A stretch of 58,798 nucleotides of DNA, counting the filler, from Sphacelaria rigidula (Eukaryota): assembly GCA_964200075.2 (NCBI GenBank). It is 3 parts of 3 records of this genome, joined end to end, with 100 filler letters (N's around TTAATTAATTAA, not from the genome) between each part and the next. Parts side by side here need not be neighbours in the genome. Positions count along the whole stretch, not along the records: positions 19,638 to 39,172 come from CAXNAA020000650.1; 2 more parts are not named here. The stretch is one strand, 5' to 3'. Below, piece by piece: positions 24,784 to 37,865 of the stretch (position 1 is the stretch's first letter; each line of letters starts with the position of its first letter). The position numbers and the translations under genes were made by a program. The notes below the pieces were generated by a model, which saw nothing but the letters and a program-made list of their open reading frames with translations, did not search any database and was not told where the DNA came from.

Positions 24784-27700
24784 GTGCTGCTGCTCCGCAA
24801 CGGGTGGTGCAGGTGGAACCGACTTCTACAGCGTCGAACACTGCGCCGGGCGACACCGGCAGCAGTGCCAGGCGCGATGCCTGTTGATGCGCTGGTCGGA
24901 GGTTCGCCAAATTCTTGGTCTGCTGGCTGGGGGTCACACCCGCCGGCGGTGCCGTTTGAATCTGCCGGGGCGTCTTCGCCTGCACAGCTTGCGCAGACGT
25001 GGCGTCAAGTGGGATTAGCGGCGCATCGGTCGACGGATGAAGTGCCAGTGGAGTATGCGGACAGATACGTTCCTTCGGAGTTGTGTCTTCCGAATCAACA
25101 GCAGCGTGCAGCCATTGTGGTTCGGGCTGTGTTGGATTCCGGCGCCCATTTCAATAGTCTGTCGGTGCAGATGGTGGGGATGCTGGAGCGTCTTCTCCCG
25201 GGTGTGCCGCTGTGCATCCCGTTTTCGCTCGGGGCGCGGCAGGCAGCCACCGCGTCGGGTCCGCTTGTTTCTGTCACGGAGCGCACTGTTCCGTTGCGGC
25301 TGACTTTCAAGACTGCCTGGGGGCTGGCGTCGTTGCCTCCGATCTGGTTTTCGATCATGCCAGGATCGGATGGCGCTATTCTTTTGGGATTGCCGACGCT
25401 TCAGGATCTTGAAATCGACCCGCATGCATGGTTGTGGGACTCCATGAAGACGCGGATGTCTCCGCCTGGTCCGCGCTTGGAGACGTCCGCCTTTTTGGGC
25501 AGTCGTCGCGTGAGCTTGTCGGTGTGCTTTTCAAGAGGCTGGGGAGTAGGTGGCCGAGGAGCGGGATGCGGCGGTGGAACGCTTGGTCGAGCGCGGCCCG
25601 GAGATGTTTAAGGTTCCGGCGGAAGGGGAGTCCGTTCGGAAGGTCGCGCTGGAGGAGAGCGTGGCGGACGCTGTGGCGACAGGCCTCAGCGTCTCAAAAG
25701 CGGGGCGCCTGCGTGGTATATTGCATCGCCGCGTCAACCCGTTTCGTCGTGCGCTGCGGAGTGATCCCCCTGCGCACGTGGAGCCCATGCGTGTTCAGCT
25801 CAAACCTGGGGCGTCCGCGGTGAAGGCGAACCCGCGGCGGTATGATCCGGTAAAGTCGAGTTGGGCGTCGTCGTGCATGGTGGCTCTCTTGGTGCTCGAG
25901 TTGGTGTCACGGAATTCGCAGGCGGAGTGATCCAGTCGAGATATGGCGTTTCCGAAGAAGGCTGCATCGTGGATGGAGGGCAGGCTGCAGGCGTGGGCGG
26001 CAGCGAAGGATCTGGTGGCTCATGCCGTGACGCTGTTCCATCCTCGTCTTGATTGTCAAGTGTTAATGTTTCCGGGTGCATCTGAGTGCCATTGGGGTAG
26101 TTTGGTCACGCAGGTGCCTAAAGCTGGAATGCAAAGACGTTTGCCGGTTGAGGATATGACGCATGAACCGCTGGCTTTCCTCAGTGGTAATTTCAAGGGT
26201 TCACAGCTGCGTTGGGCCACAATTGACAAGGAACGTTTTGCTATCGTGAGCACCTTTCGTCGTTTGGAACATCTTTTGTGGGATGGCGTGCACATTTTCA
26301 CGGATCACCGAAATCTCGTGTATATTTTCAACCCGGAAGCGTGCGTTACGTATGTGCCGAAGGCATGGACACAACGTTTGGAGGGCTGGAAATGTGTTCC
26401 TGGCCAGTATCGTCACTTCATTTGCCATATTTCGGGTGACCGTAACGCGTGGATTGACTTGCTTTCGCGTCAGGTAAATATTCCGGCTTTTCCTATGCGC
26501 GCTGTGGCTGTGTATCGTCCGTGTGGACCTAATGACTCGATGCCGTCCAAATGTGTTGTCCGCCAAGCGCAACGAAAAGACCTTGGGGCCGAGGATGCGG
26601 ATGTGCAATCTTTCGAGTCGGACGTTGGTACTATTATCTTGAACAATGAAGGTCTGTTTCGTGTGCATGTGCGTGGCCGAAACGTTTGTGGATTCCGAGT
26701 TATGACAAGCAGTCGCAGGTACGTCTGATGATTTGCGCTCACATGCGCGACGCCGGGCATCGTGGTGTGTCTGCGACGCTCGTGCGCTCGCAAGCGTTTT
26801 GTGTCTGGCAGGGGATAGAAACTCATGTGCGCGAATTCGTCCGCCAGTGTCTTTACTGTGCTGACTCGAGGGCGGGCGATGTTGTTCCCCGCCCGCTCGG
26901 TGAAACAGTCCACGGGACCATGCCGAATGAAGTCGTTCATTTTGACTTCTTGCACGTGGGCGAAAGTGGCCCGCTAGCTTATCAAGATCTGTCGGAGGAT
27001 GCGGGGTTTCGATACATTTTGGTAATGATGGATGATTTGAGCAACTTTGTGGCTCTGAAACCAGTAGTAGTGGGTACTGCTGAATCGACTGCTGCGTCTT
27101 TGCTGAATTGGTACAAAACTTTGGGGTTGCCGCGTGTGTGGGTGAGTAATACCGCCACGCATTTCAAGAATGCGATCTTGCCCAGATTGCGAGAGGTTTT
27201 GCACGATGATCACCAGTTTGCGGTGGCGTGTTCTCCATGGTCTTACGGCACGTGCGAACGCATGGTCAAGGAAGTAGTTCATGCTCTTCGCTCTATTCTT
27301 CTCGAGCAGCGTAGAGCGGTTTCCGAGTGGGTGGACGTGTCGCCTGCGGTGCAATGGGCGCTCAATACAGCGTATCATCGTCGTTACGATAGAACGCCGT
27401 ACCATGTGATGTTTGGCCGTATTCCTCGGACGTCTTTTTCGGTGCTGGCGTCTTCATCGGCGGGGGCATGGAAATGTGATGTCTTGGACGATGTTTAAGT
27501 TAAGAATGCATTGCAAGGAGCCTTGGACTTGCAAGAACATTTCTACGTTCAAGTGCAGGGACATGTTGCCGCCGAACGTGCGCGTAGACGTGAGGGGTCC
27601 TAGTCGGGGCTCGAACGGCCGAATTTTGAGGTAGGCGACTATGTCTTTTATGCATGCGTGCGTCGTCCGGGCGTTATGCCCAAGTTGATGGCGACGTGAA

Positions 27701-28094
27701 CTGGTCCATGAAGAGTGCTTGGTACTCACCACCTTCACGTATTTGAGATTCAGAACATTATTTCGGGTCGTGTTCAGACCGCCCATGTAGCTCGTTTGCG
27801 TTTTTATGCAGACTCGCAGCATAATGTTACGGCTGACGTTAAGGACGTGTTCCAGCATGCTTTCAATCAGGGGTGATTTCAGATGGCTGGTATTGTCCGA
27901 GTGGCAGCAGCAGACGATCGTAAATTGATCGTGTTGGTCGACTGGGTTGGTTTCGAAGTTGAGGAGCGTACGTGGGAGCCTTTCAGGGATATTTTGAGGC
28001 TGCTCCGGTATTTCTTACGAAGGAATTGCGTCAATTGCGCGTGAATCGTGCCGTTGCTGCTCGCATTTCGAGTGAGTTTGGTATTCAGTTGTGA
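24784..28094 (+). pseudogene. pol: element A pol remnant: protease, RT core deleted, RNase H, integrase, chromodomain
   Basis: Protease LDSGA...ILLGLPTL. RNase H ASECHWG...WATIDKE...FTDHRNL. Integrase HMRDAGH...CLYC, HFDFL, CERMVKEV. Chromodomain VLVDWVGFEVEERTWEP (~27870-28010). Multiple frameshifts and stops. Confidence 0.9.
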
Positions 28095-28997
28095 CTTACT
28101 CATCGTCTTGATGTTTTCTATGTGTCAAGCTTGTTGATCTATTTTCGCCCAACGCGCTTTGGGGGTGCTGTGACGAAATTACGCCGTTATGTGGAGATCG
28201 TCATTTGGGCATGTACGGAGACATTTCCTTTTTATGACGTGTAACCTTGTGAACGGCTGTTACAAGGGTTATCTTCGCAGGAGCCCCGAAATCCCCATAT
28301 CTTTACAGCTGGATCTGGGACCCCGAGGTAACAGGGATCTTCCCAGCGAACTGCTGGCTATCCCTGAGGATCACGATTGACGAAGGCTCTCAGACTTCGT
28401 CTTCGGGCTAACTCGCTCGCGCTCGTCGAGCTTTCCCGAGTGATCTACTTTGCCCCAGCCCCACGACTTACGGTCAATCCTTGACTACATAACCCGAGGA
28501 AAATGGTCGGTCACCTTCGACGGTTCCTACCGTCACCGGGAGTCTCACGACTTCCACATTGGCTGACACCAGTTTATCAGACACGTGTGCGGGGCACACT
28601 AGATATTTCTAGCTAGGGCAGATACGGCGACACCTACTACACTGCAGGTACGGCGGACACGTACTACACCGGTCAAGGCGCTCATGACAAGCACAAACAA
28701 GAAGACGTTGCTCGGACGCCAGGGTTGTTCAAGGAGTGCAGTAGCAGGTGAAAGTTATCGTTCGTGTGCACAATAATTTGAGTTGAGAGGTCAGAGCGGT
28801 CATGTGTTCGGGTCAGCGCGAAACCAGCCTCTTTAGGGTGCATCACATGTCACCTGCTTGGCTTGTCAATTTGCGAAACCACACCTAACAACTCACCTCT
28901 CACCACCGCACAGTACCAGAGGCACGGCAACCAGTCAAGTAGACCGACCTCTAGAAACGCGGTGACTCGAAATAGCACTGATTGAAGTAGTACCCAA

Positions 28998-29325
28998 CCT
29001 GCGAATTCACTACTTTATCATACCCTACCGTTTAGCAAGCGCAAGAAGGTGTACGGACGATCTTACCGCATCTCACAGCTCACAAGTTGAGAGGAGTTGC
29101 AATTTGCTGACAGTTTAATATTTCACACTTCAAAGCGCATGCAAAGGGAGGTGTAGAGGTGGAACGACCCTATCTGCGAATGCACCACCGGATCATACCC
29201 TTCCACTTAGCGAGCGAAAGAGGATGTACGGACCGTCTTGCCGCATTTCACAGCTCACAAGTTGAGAGGAGTTGCAAATTGCAGACAGTTCAATACTTCA
29301 CATCATAGAACGCCTGCAATAGTGG
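28998..29325. repeat. ~175-bp tandem duplication in the leader of element B
   Basis: CTGCGAAT..CATACCCT..CACAGCTCACAAGTTGAGAGGAGTTGCAA occurs twice about 175 bp apart. Confidence 0.8.
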
Positions 29326-29864
29326 AGAGGTGTATAGGTGGGGAAAACCCATTACCAACAAACTCTTGAAATTAAGAGGGAGTACAAAGAGTTCGATGGC
29401 ACCCAAGAGTCGAGAAAAAAAGAGGGAGTGCGGTGTGTAATATGAACAGACTCCGTATTTCTACTCGTCTCCTAGGCAGCCTTTGTAATACAGCCGTCGA
29501 AAAAGCGATACATCCACAATCGTTCAACACGAGGCTCAACTGGCGGACTGATATCATGTTACGTGTTGCTTGGTACCCCAAAGGACGGGTGACGTTACAT
29601 TATGGGTTGACGCCTCTTCAACCTGCCGCAAGAGTAAAGAGCAAGGCTGTAGGCAAGGGTCAATGATTTCAGATCGGACCTACCCATTTTCTCTCCAAAA
29701 GATCATCCGGTCACATCCACGCGGATATTTTTGTCTGGATCTTTAAATTTGAATGATTGCGGTTCACCACCGGAAATTGTGGATAATTTACTGATGAATT
29801 AATTCTGGATTCATCTGTTTGACCTCGTGATACGGTAGGAAGAACACCCTACTGACTCGAACGT

Positions 29865-30390
29865 ATGCTCAAGCGCTGAAAACAGCGTCAGTCTTCATCC
29901 CTGAACCATCGACAGTTGAGCTTGGACCAAGACAGCACCTGAGACACGCGCTGTCAGCAAATGGTATCGAAGTAGGAGATGACCAAACCGACGTGCGTCG
30001 CAAGCAGTTACTTTCAGTGATAGGCATGATTACGTTTGTGAGGGAACTTGTACCGAACCTCATAGAAGTGACTGCGCAGCGCCAAACGTTGGAAGCCTGA
30101 ACATGACGCAGCCTTGCAGAACATAACGGTTTCTGACGAGCACACTGGTACTCAAGGTCCCAGACGTTTCAAAGCCATCCAATCAATGGCGTCAACGGAA
30201 GAGGCCTGCTCGATTTCGATCCAATAGAAGGCGACGAGGTGTGCTCATAACATATTTTAGCCAACGTTTGAACCACGCTCAGCGGCAGTACTCTGTGAGA
30301 CCCAGGGATTATTAGGTGGGTGTAAAAGCGATACATCAAGGCGCCCCATTTTATGGAGGTCGACATTCTATACCTGGGTGACGGACCATG
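29865..30390 (+). pseudogene. heavily decayed second RT-thumb/RNase H fragment upstream of the protease of B
   Basis: Translated pieces LSANGIEVGDD, KQLLSVIGMITFVRELVPNL, AKRWKPEHDAA and SQRLNHAQRQYS parallel LSADGIKIGDD, KQLRSVLGTINFVRKFIPNL, AKRWNDENDAA and KQRFNHAQRHYS at ~32940-33360. Confidence 0.75.
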
Positions 30391-31775
30391 CCACACTGCA
30401 ATTTCTGTAGAATGTGTGAAGCGAAAAGAGCCACTGCCGTAGAAACTATCAATGATGGAGTTTCTAAGGTAGTATCCGTGACGCGAGAATACAAAAAAAT
30501 CGAGAAAACAAAAATGTGCACAGTGAAATGGGTGCCGACCCTCTGGTGGGAAATAAAAAGGGCAAGAAACGCGTGCGATTTGCTAGCCAAGGCGTAGCTT
30601 CTTCTGTGAGATCATGTGAGAGACTACATGTGGAAGGGGTTACGGTTGCAAAAGCTATAACACAAGAGCAAGTGGGGAATAAAACAGGTCAAGATAAGAT
30701 GTTTAGTGGGAGGCATCATCACCTGGGCATCGCCCCCCAAGCTGATTTTGTAAGCAAGACGTCTCAAAAAAATAATGAAAGCACAGATCCATTTTTTTGC
30801 CCCCAAGCTCGATAAAATTCAAGTCTTTTCTAATGTCTTCGTTAGCCCGCTATCCTAGGAAGCCGGCAACGTTGCAACCTGCATCAGCGAGGGTGCAGAT
30901 TCCCGCCAGAGTCAACGGAACGGAGGCCCTGGCCATAAGCATTGATACTGCTTCAGACGTCCTGATCATTAGTAGTTTGAAGTTCATCCCTTCACATCCT
31001 ACATTAAGCGAGGAGGACAGTCAATCAGTCCCATCGCGTTCTTTTGATCGAAGAAGCGCTGACGGTTCACCAATCACGATAAAGGGATTCATTCGCTTTG
31101 ACCTCACGCTGGGTGACATAACCTTGCCCGTCGAAGCATTCATCCTCAAGAATCTCGGGCCAGATCCCATGCTGATAGAGAACTCAGTGATGAGCGCATT
31201 TGGCGGGATTCTCGATTGGCAAGCAGAAACTTTGACGTTTCGTAGTTCAACAGCTCGCCTCACAGCTACTCACAGAAAAATAAGAGAGACGAGTTCATCC
31301 CACGTTCTCGGAATATGATTATTTTTCTGTCATACGGGTAGCATCGGCTGAAAATGTAGCGGTGTATCTCTCAAAGAGATGCTCCGTCCCGCCTCGAAGT
31401 GAGATGGCTATTCTTGTCGAAAAAAATGAGCCGCCAAAATTTACAACGGAAGCGGTCATTGCGCCACGAATTGTAAGGGGTGAAGACCTCCAATCCAAGA
31501 AAGTAACGGATGCTTTTGAGCGCCTCGTTGTAGCACGCACAGCCTGTACCTGGTTAGCGGTCAACAAAATAGCTATGGTACAAGCAGCAAATCCGTCGGA
31601 TCGATAGGTCCAATTCCCAAGAAATTTGCTATACATCTCACAAGTCGAAACAAATGACCCCACGGAAAACGACGGTGGAATTTCACAAGTTGAAATAAAT
31701 GAGCGAACGGAAAACGTCACTGCAATTTCATAAGTTGCACAGCGAATTACTGATGCACGAGAAAAACTGACAACA

Positions 31776-32218
31776 AACACGAGATCTTACAAATTGGGGA
31801 TGTATCTTTTATTGGAGATGAGAAACCTGGAGAATTGAAATCTTCGTATCCACACCAAATCTTCGAAATATGCTTTTTTTTCTTCACCTACTGATAGCTA
31901 CTGAAAACTGCTACAAGCCATAGAAATTTGGATCTCGAACACCGGAATATTGGGGTCCTCGGTGAAAAAACAGTTTGGGGGAATTCCGGGTGTCCGAACG
32001 GACGCCAAAATGGTTCCAAGACTGATTTTTAACCTAGGACCCCAACATTTCGGTGATCAAAATTCAAATTTCTGTGGCGTGTAGCATATGTCAATAGCTA
32101 TCAGTAGGTGGAGAAACGGAACCTTATTTCGAAGATTTGGTGTGGATACGAGGATTTAATTCTCCGGGTTTATCTTCCCCAATAAAGGATCCATCCCCAA
32201 TTTGTAAGATTCCGTGTT
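31776..32218. mobile_element. foldback MITE, AACACG...CGTGTT family, copy 1 (443 bp)
   Basis: Long TIRs (AACACGAGATCTTACAAATTGGGGATG / CATCCCCAATTTGTAAGATTCCGTGTT). 4-bp TSD AACA/AGCA (one mismatch). Removing it restores the pol frame REKLTAALENSFK. Confidence 0.9.
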
Positions 32219-33694
32219 AGCAGCGCTCGAAAATTCATTCAAAGATACCACATTTTCTGAAAATCAGAAGAGTCAAGTGCTCGATTTATGCATCAAATAC
32301 AGGTCAGTCTTCTCACTGTCACGGCGGAAGCTAGGGCTTTGTACAATCGGAGAGGCAGCTTTCCCCCTACTTCTGGGCACGAAACCCGTCGATGGGGCCC
32401 CGTACAGGGCCAATCCCATGGGGTTCGGCAGTGACAATAGTAGCTGAAGAATATGACGGTACAGCCCAATTTTGTGTTGACTACCGATCCACGCTCAACC
32501 AAAGTCCTTGTACGAAAATCATGGCCAATGCCTAATATGGAAAGTCATGTAGATACGGTGGCAGGCGCAAAGTTTATCTCTACCTTTGATGTACAGAGCG
32601 CGTTCCATCAGATCCCAGTAGCGGAGGAGGAAAAAGAAAAAATGGTCTTTGTTACAGAGAAAGGTAAGTGGGTTTTCAACCGGCTGCCCTTCGGCTTGGC
32701 ATCTTCCCCCTTCATTTTCTCACGAATAATGACTCTTACTTTCTCACACTTTGGACCCAACAGTGGTCTTTTAGTGTACATGGGTGGTTTGATCGCCTGC
32801 TCCTCCACATGGGACAGTCACCTGACTCTACTAGAAGAAATGTTCAATGCACTGCAAAAAGCAGGTCTTACTCTCAAGCCCTCTTAAGCACAGTTTGGCC
32901 CCAAGGAGACCCAAGGAGGTCAAGTACCTCGGCTACACTTTGTCCGCTGACGGGATCAAAATTGGAGACGACCGCGTAAAAGTGATTTTAGATTTACCCA
33001 CACCAGCGAACATCAAGCAATTACGTTCGGTATTGGGGACGATCAATTTTGTGAGGAAATTCATTCCAAACCTCGCACAGGTAACCGCTCCGTTGGTAGA
33101 TCTCACGAAAAAAGAGGCAGCCAAGGAAGTAGCAAAACGATGGAATGACGAAAACGATGCAGCTTTCGCGGAAGTAAAAAGGCTTCTCACCATCGCTCCA
33201 GTCCTTCATTTTCCAGATTTTTCAAAGGACTTCACCATTCGAGTGGACGCGTCTGGAGGGGGTGCTGGGTCGGTGCTGACGCAGGATAAGGAGGGCAAAA
33301 CTGCAGCCGTGGCGTATTTAAAGCAGCGTTTCAATCATGCTCAGCGGCACTACTCTGCTACACTCGAAGAATGTTATGCAGTTGTATCAACTATACAACA
33401 TTGGAGACCCTTTTATGGGGAAGACATTCCACGTGTATGACAGATCATGCAACACTACGGTACCTTCATTCCATGCAAGACACGAGCAATATGTTGACAA
33501 GATGGGCGATAGCTTTATAGCCATTTGACATCACTGTGAGGCACGAAGCGGGAAAATTAAATATTGTTCCGGACACTCTGTCAAGGCTTTTTCGGTTTGA
33601 AAAAAAACAGAATAATGAGGTCAAACCCCTGCTCGCGCCAATTTGTCGGAACGGCTCAGAGGACCCCACATTGCACACGAAGAAACCGCACCAA

Positions 33695-33947
33695 GAGTAG
33701 TGCTACGATAGGGGTTGCAATTTTTGTTCCTGGGTCTCGTTTTTGTGGGAGCCCAAATATATGGGGCTTACTGTGCAACCCAAATCTCCGGGGACAGGAC
33801 ATGGAGATGCACTCAGGGACCTTTTCGTGAATCGGCATCATTTTCAGTCTTCTTCAAGTAAAAGTGATGCCGATCCTCAAAATGATCCGTGCAATACCCT
33901 GTGAAACATTTTCGCTCGAAAAGTGCAACCTTACCGTAGCATCACTC
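33695..33947. mobile_element. MITE with GAG...CTC ends and 4-bp TSD (Sola2-like, inferred), 253 bp
   Basis: TIRs GAGTAGTGCTACGATAGGGGTTGCA / TGCAACCTTACCGTAGCATCACTC. TSD CCAA (33691-33694 and 33948-33951). Removing it restores KKPHQPFQIS. Confidence 0.8.
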
Positions 33948-36358
33948 CCAACCGTTTCAGATTTCAGCGGGTAAGCTGGATCATCTAAAACCAGTACAGA
34001 GCGACAGAGAACTGTTTACCGTCAATGCTACCCACACAAGCGCTACACCTATTTTCATGTCTGTAAGCAAAGACAAGTTGCGAACCGAACAGGCAAAATA
34101 ATATGGCTCTTATTTTCAATATCTGACAAACAACGACGCACCGTTACCGGGAAAGGAGACACTGACTTCTAGGTCCTACTTTTTGCTCCGTGACGGTATT
34201 TTGTTCAGGTAATACTTGCCGGGAAACCTTTGAAAAAAAGCACAGAGTGCGATAGACTAGTGCTACCAGAAACTCTGTTTAATTTCGTTTGCACTCTTAT
34301 CACGATCATGTGTTGTCTGGAGGCCACCTTGGATCTGAACCGACCCATGAAAAGATTAAGAACAACTATTATTGGCCGACATTGAGACAAGATGTGCGAA
34401 AGTGGTGTCAACGTTGCCACTCGTGTCAGAAAAGAAAGACGGCCCATAACCGTCCGAAATTGCCTGTAAGCCACGTATCTGTGAACAGACCTTTTGAGCG
34501 GATATCGACAGATCTTATCGAATACAAGACGTTTTCAAATTCGCCAGCCGGTGTGCCGTGTAAGTATGTAATGTCTGTGATGGATCATCTGACACGATAT
34601 GCACTGTTTATTCCCATACCGAACAAATTCACCAATACTGTGGTCAGAACGTTGGGAGACCGTGTCTTCACGACATTTGCGATACCCAAAAAACTACATT
34701 CCGATCGGGGTGAAGAGTTCGAAAACCGGGAAATATACCAGTTGCAGTTGATCCTTAAGTTTGACAAAACACGCACGACACCATCCCGCCCTCAAGGCAA
34801 CTCTGTTTCAGAACGCGTACACTCGAATTTGCACGCCATGTTAGCCATGCATAGCTCTGTTGAACAAGACAACTGGGCGTTTATGCTACCCTTCGTGCAA
34901 ATGGCGTATAATTTATCTTCCAACACCTCAGTGCAAGGAACACCCTATTTTCTCATGTTCGAACGCCAACCATAATTACCTGTCGACATTATTTTGGGCA
35001 TTTCCGACAAAGGGCACGCTGTGGGTGCTGAACAATACGTGAAAGAGACAAAAGACAATTTGCAGATAGCTTTTGAAGTTGCAAGACGCAACTTGAAAAA
35101 ACGAGCAGACAAGCAAAAAGCAAGCAATGATGAGCTCAAGCCATACCCTATCTTTAAACCTGGCCATTAAGTGCTACTGTTCAGGCCACACCAAGGCACA
35201 GACGGTCCTAATCCAAAGTTGGTATTACCATGGCGGGGGGCATACAAGTTCGTCAAACAAATTTCTCCGGTTGTCTATAAGGTCAAGATAAGCGAAGATG
35301 CGAAAGAGACGTCAGTACACCTCGCTCACCTTAAGCAGTATTATCCACGAAAACGACCCCCAGCTCCCGAGTTTGACCGACTCGACGAGTATTTCCTAGA
35401 CAAAACAAGTACCCCCCTGCCCCAACTTGACCGTCCGGAAGTAACGAAACCAAGAACTGAAGGTTATATCATTGACAAGGTGGTGGGCCACAAACGAGAC
35501 CCGGGAAGAAAGAGCCATCAAATTTACAAGTACCGTCTCCGTCTTCAATGCTATGGGCCGTCAGCAGACGTAGAGTACGAGCGGACGAGATACCACGATG
35601 TCAACAACTCATAAAGCCGTATCGAATAAAACACAAGTTGAATAATACGCGCTAATTTGACTTGCCGTCTCGAAATTCGAAAAAAAAAAGAGAAAAATAT
35701 AAGGCTAGCCGGAAAATGATCGTGTCATACTTACACGACAAACAAATGTCTGGGGAAAAAGAAATGGATATAGAATCAAACCAAGTTGAAAAATACACGC
35801 TAACATGACTGGCCGTCCCCAGAATTCGCGAGAAAGAAAATAAAAATAAGGCGACCTGCAGTAATTTTTCGTGTCAGGCCTGCACGGCAAACACAATATT
35901 CAGACATGAACGCGTATCAGATCAGTTTAGGATCAAATAATACTCGCTAACTTGACTCGCGGTGTCATAAATCCGGAGGAAAAAGACGAGATTATAGGGC
36001 GAGCTGGAAAAAATAATTGCGTCATACCTCCACGACTAGCAATGATATCGGGACATATCTCACGATCGAATACAGATCGACGGTGAAGAGAGACTTGGTC
36101 TTTGAATCAAGCTCTTATCAGCATAAGGGTAACTTGCTGACAAGGATTACCGTGAAAGCTCTTTCTAATCCCAGAAAAATGCTCCGAGAAAAGAAAAGCA
36201 TGTTTTTACCACCGCTGTATCCGATATCAACCCCTCCCTGGTTACCTAATATATCACGCGGCCACCATACCTCCACTCCTCCGCAAGTCATGAGCGGGCC
36301 TTATTGGTACAGACGGTCAAATACGGTAATCTGTGTAGATCGTTCAGCTGATCACTGA

Positions 36359-36848
36359 AAACACTATATTCGTGAGATTCAGAGTGTAGTTTTAGATTCA
36401 GAGTCAGGATTTCAAACGGAAGAACTGTTTTCTTTGTGGTCAATTCTTATGCGACAGTCTGCGACACTTATCAACCAACCCGAGTAATGAACGTGCGTGT
36501 TTTCACGACCTCCAACTTTGGTTGATTTTTTACGCTTTTCCCCGATTCTCCCCAAATGAATGTGTTAAACACTATATTCGTGAGACTCAGAGTGTAGTTT
36601 CAGATTCAGAGTCAGGATTTCAAACGGAAGAACTGTTTTCTTTGTGGTCGATTCTTATGCGAAACAGTTCGCGTCACCAATCAACCAACATTGGAGGCTG
36701 TGAAATCACGCACGTTCATTACTCGGGTTGGTTGATTAGTGACGCAAACTGTTTTGCATAAGAATTGACGACAAAGAAAAAAAGTTCTTCCATTTGAAAT
36801 CCTGACTGGATTTGAAACTGCACTCTGAATCTCTCGAATAAAGTGTTT
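36359..36848. repeat. foldback/MITE-like structure with a duplicated left arm in the 3' region of B
   Basis: AAACACTATATTCGTGAGA..CAGAGTGTAG occurs at ~36359 and ~36568 (direct) and inverted ending at ~36848. Confidence 0.8.
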
Positions 36849-37419
36849 GAACGAAACTTGCACAAACGTTCAAGGAAAACAATTTCTTTCTCCGGTTTTT
36901 TTCTTTACACGAGCCTGTACGAGAACCTCAATGAAATTTGTTGGTTCATGTTTGTCAACACCCAGTATAGAGAATATGACGCGTTCAACTCCAGGCTACT
37001 ATAAAACTGTCTCAGAAGCACATACAAAATAGACTCCCGAAAATTATCATTCTTCCGAATGTCCGCCACGAGCCTTCACAGATGGCCTCGCGGCGCATCA
37101 AAGGGGGGAGGGGTGATGTGGAGATCGCCATTTGGGCATGTACGGAGACATTTCCTTTTTATGACGTGTAACCTAGTGAACGGCTGTTACAAGGGTTATT
37201 TTCGCAGGAGCCTCGAAATTCTCATATCTGTACAGCCGGATCTGGGACCCCGAGGTAACAGAGACTTTCCCAGGGAACTGCTGGCTATCCCTGAGGATCA
37301 TTATTGACTGAGACTCTCAGATTTCGTCTTCGGGCTGACTCGCTCGCGCTCGTCGAGCTTTCCCGAGTGATCTACTTTGCCCCAACCCCACGACTTACGG
37401 TCAACCCTTGACTACAAAA

Positions 37420-37865
37420 AACACGACATCTTACAAAATTGGGATGGATCTTTTATTGGGGATGAGAAACCCGGAGAATAAAAATCTCCGTACCCACACC
37501 AAATCTTCGAAATACGGTTCCACTTGTTCACTGACTGATAGCTATTATTGACAACTGCTACGCGCCATAAAAATTTGGGTTTCGATCACCGAAATTTTGG
37601 GGTCCTAGGTGAAAAACCAATTTCGAAAACATGTTGGCGTCCGTTCGGACACCCGAAATTCCCCGAAATAGTTTCTTCACCTAGGACCCCAAAATTTCGG
37701 TGATCGGAATCCAAATTTCTATGGTGTGTAGCAGTTGTCAGTATCTATCAGTAGGTGAAAAAATAAAGCCATAGTTCGAAGATTTAGTGTGGATATGAAG
37801 ATTTCAATCCTCCGGGTCCCTATCCCCAAGAAAAGATCCATCCCCAATTCGTAAGATCCCGTGTT
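37420..37865. mobile_element. foldback MITE, AACACG...CGTGTT family, copy 2 (opposite orientation) in the 3' LTR of B
   Basis: Absent from the 5' LTR of B, whose empty site reads ACTAC-ATAA-CCCG. TSD AAAA/ATAA (one mismatch). The core is the reverse complement of copy 1. Confidence 0.9.

Larger units (their letters stand above)
30797..35614 (+). pseudogene. pol: element B pol remnant: protease, RT, RNase H, integrase, chromodomain
   Basis: Protease IDTAS. RT FDVQSAFHQI, RLPFGLASSP, YMGG (YxDD mutated). RNase H VDASGGGAGSVL. Integrase HDHVLSGGH...CHSC, STDLI, HSDRG, SERVH. Chromodomain YIIDKVVGH...YRLRLQCYGPSADVEY. Stops, frameshifts and MITE insertions present. Confidence 0.93.

Noticed and set aside
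23787-35614. Active, autonomous retrotransposons
   Set aside because: Both elements have in-frame stops, frameshifts, mutated or missing catalytic motifs (YMGG in B, RT core deleted in A) and diverged LTRs.
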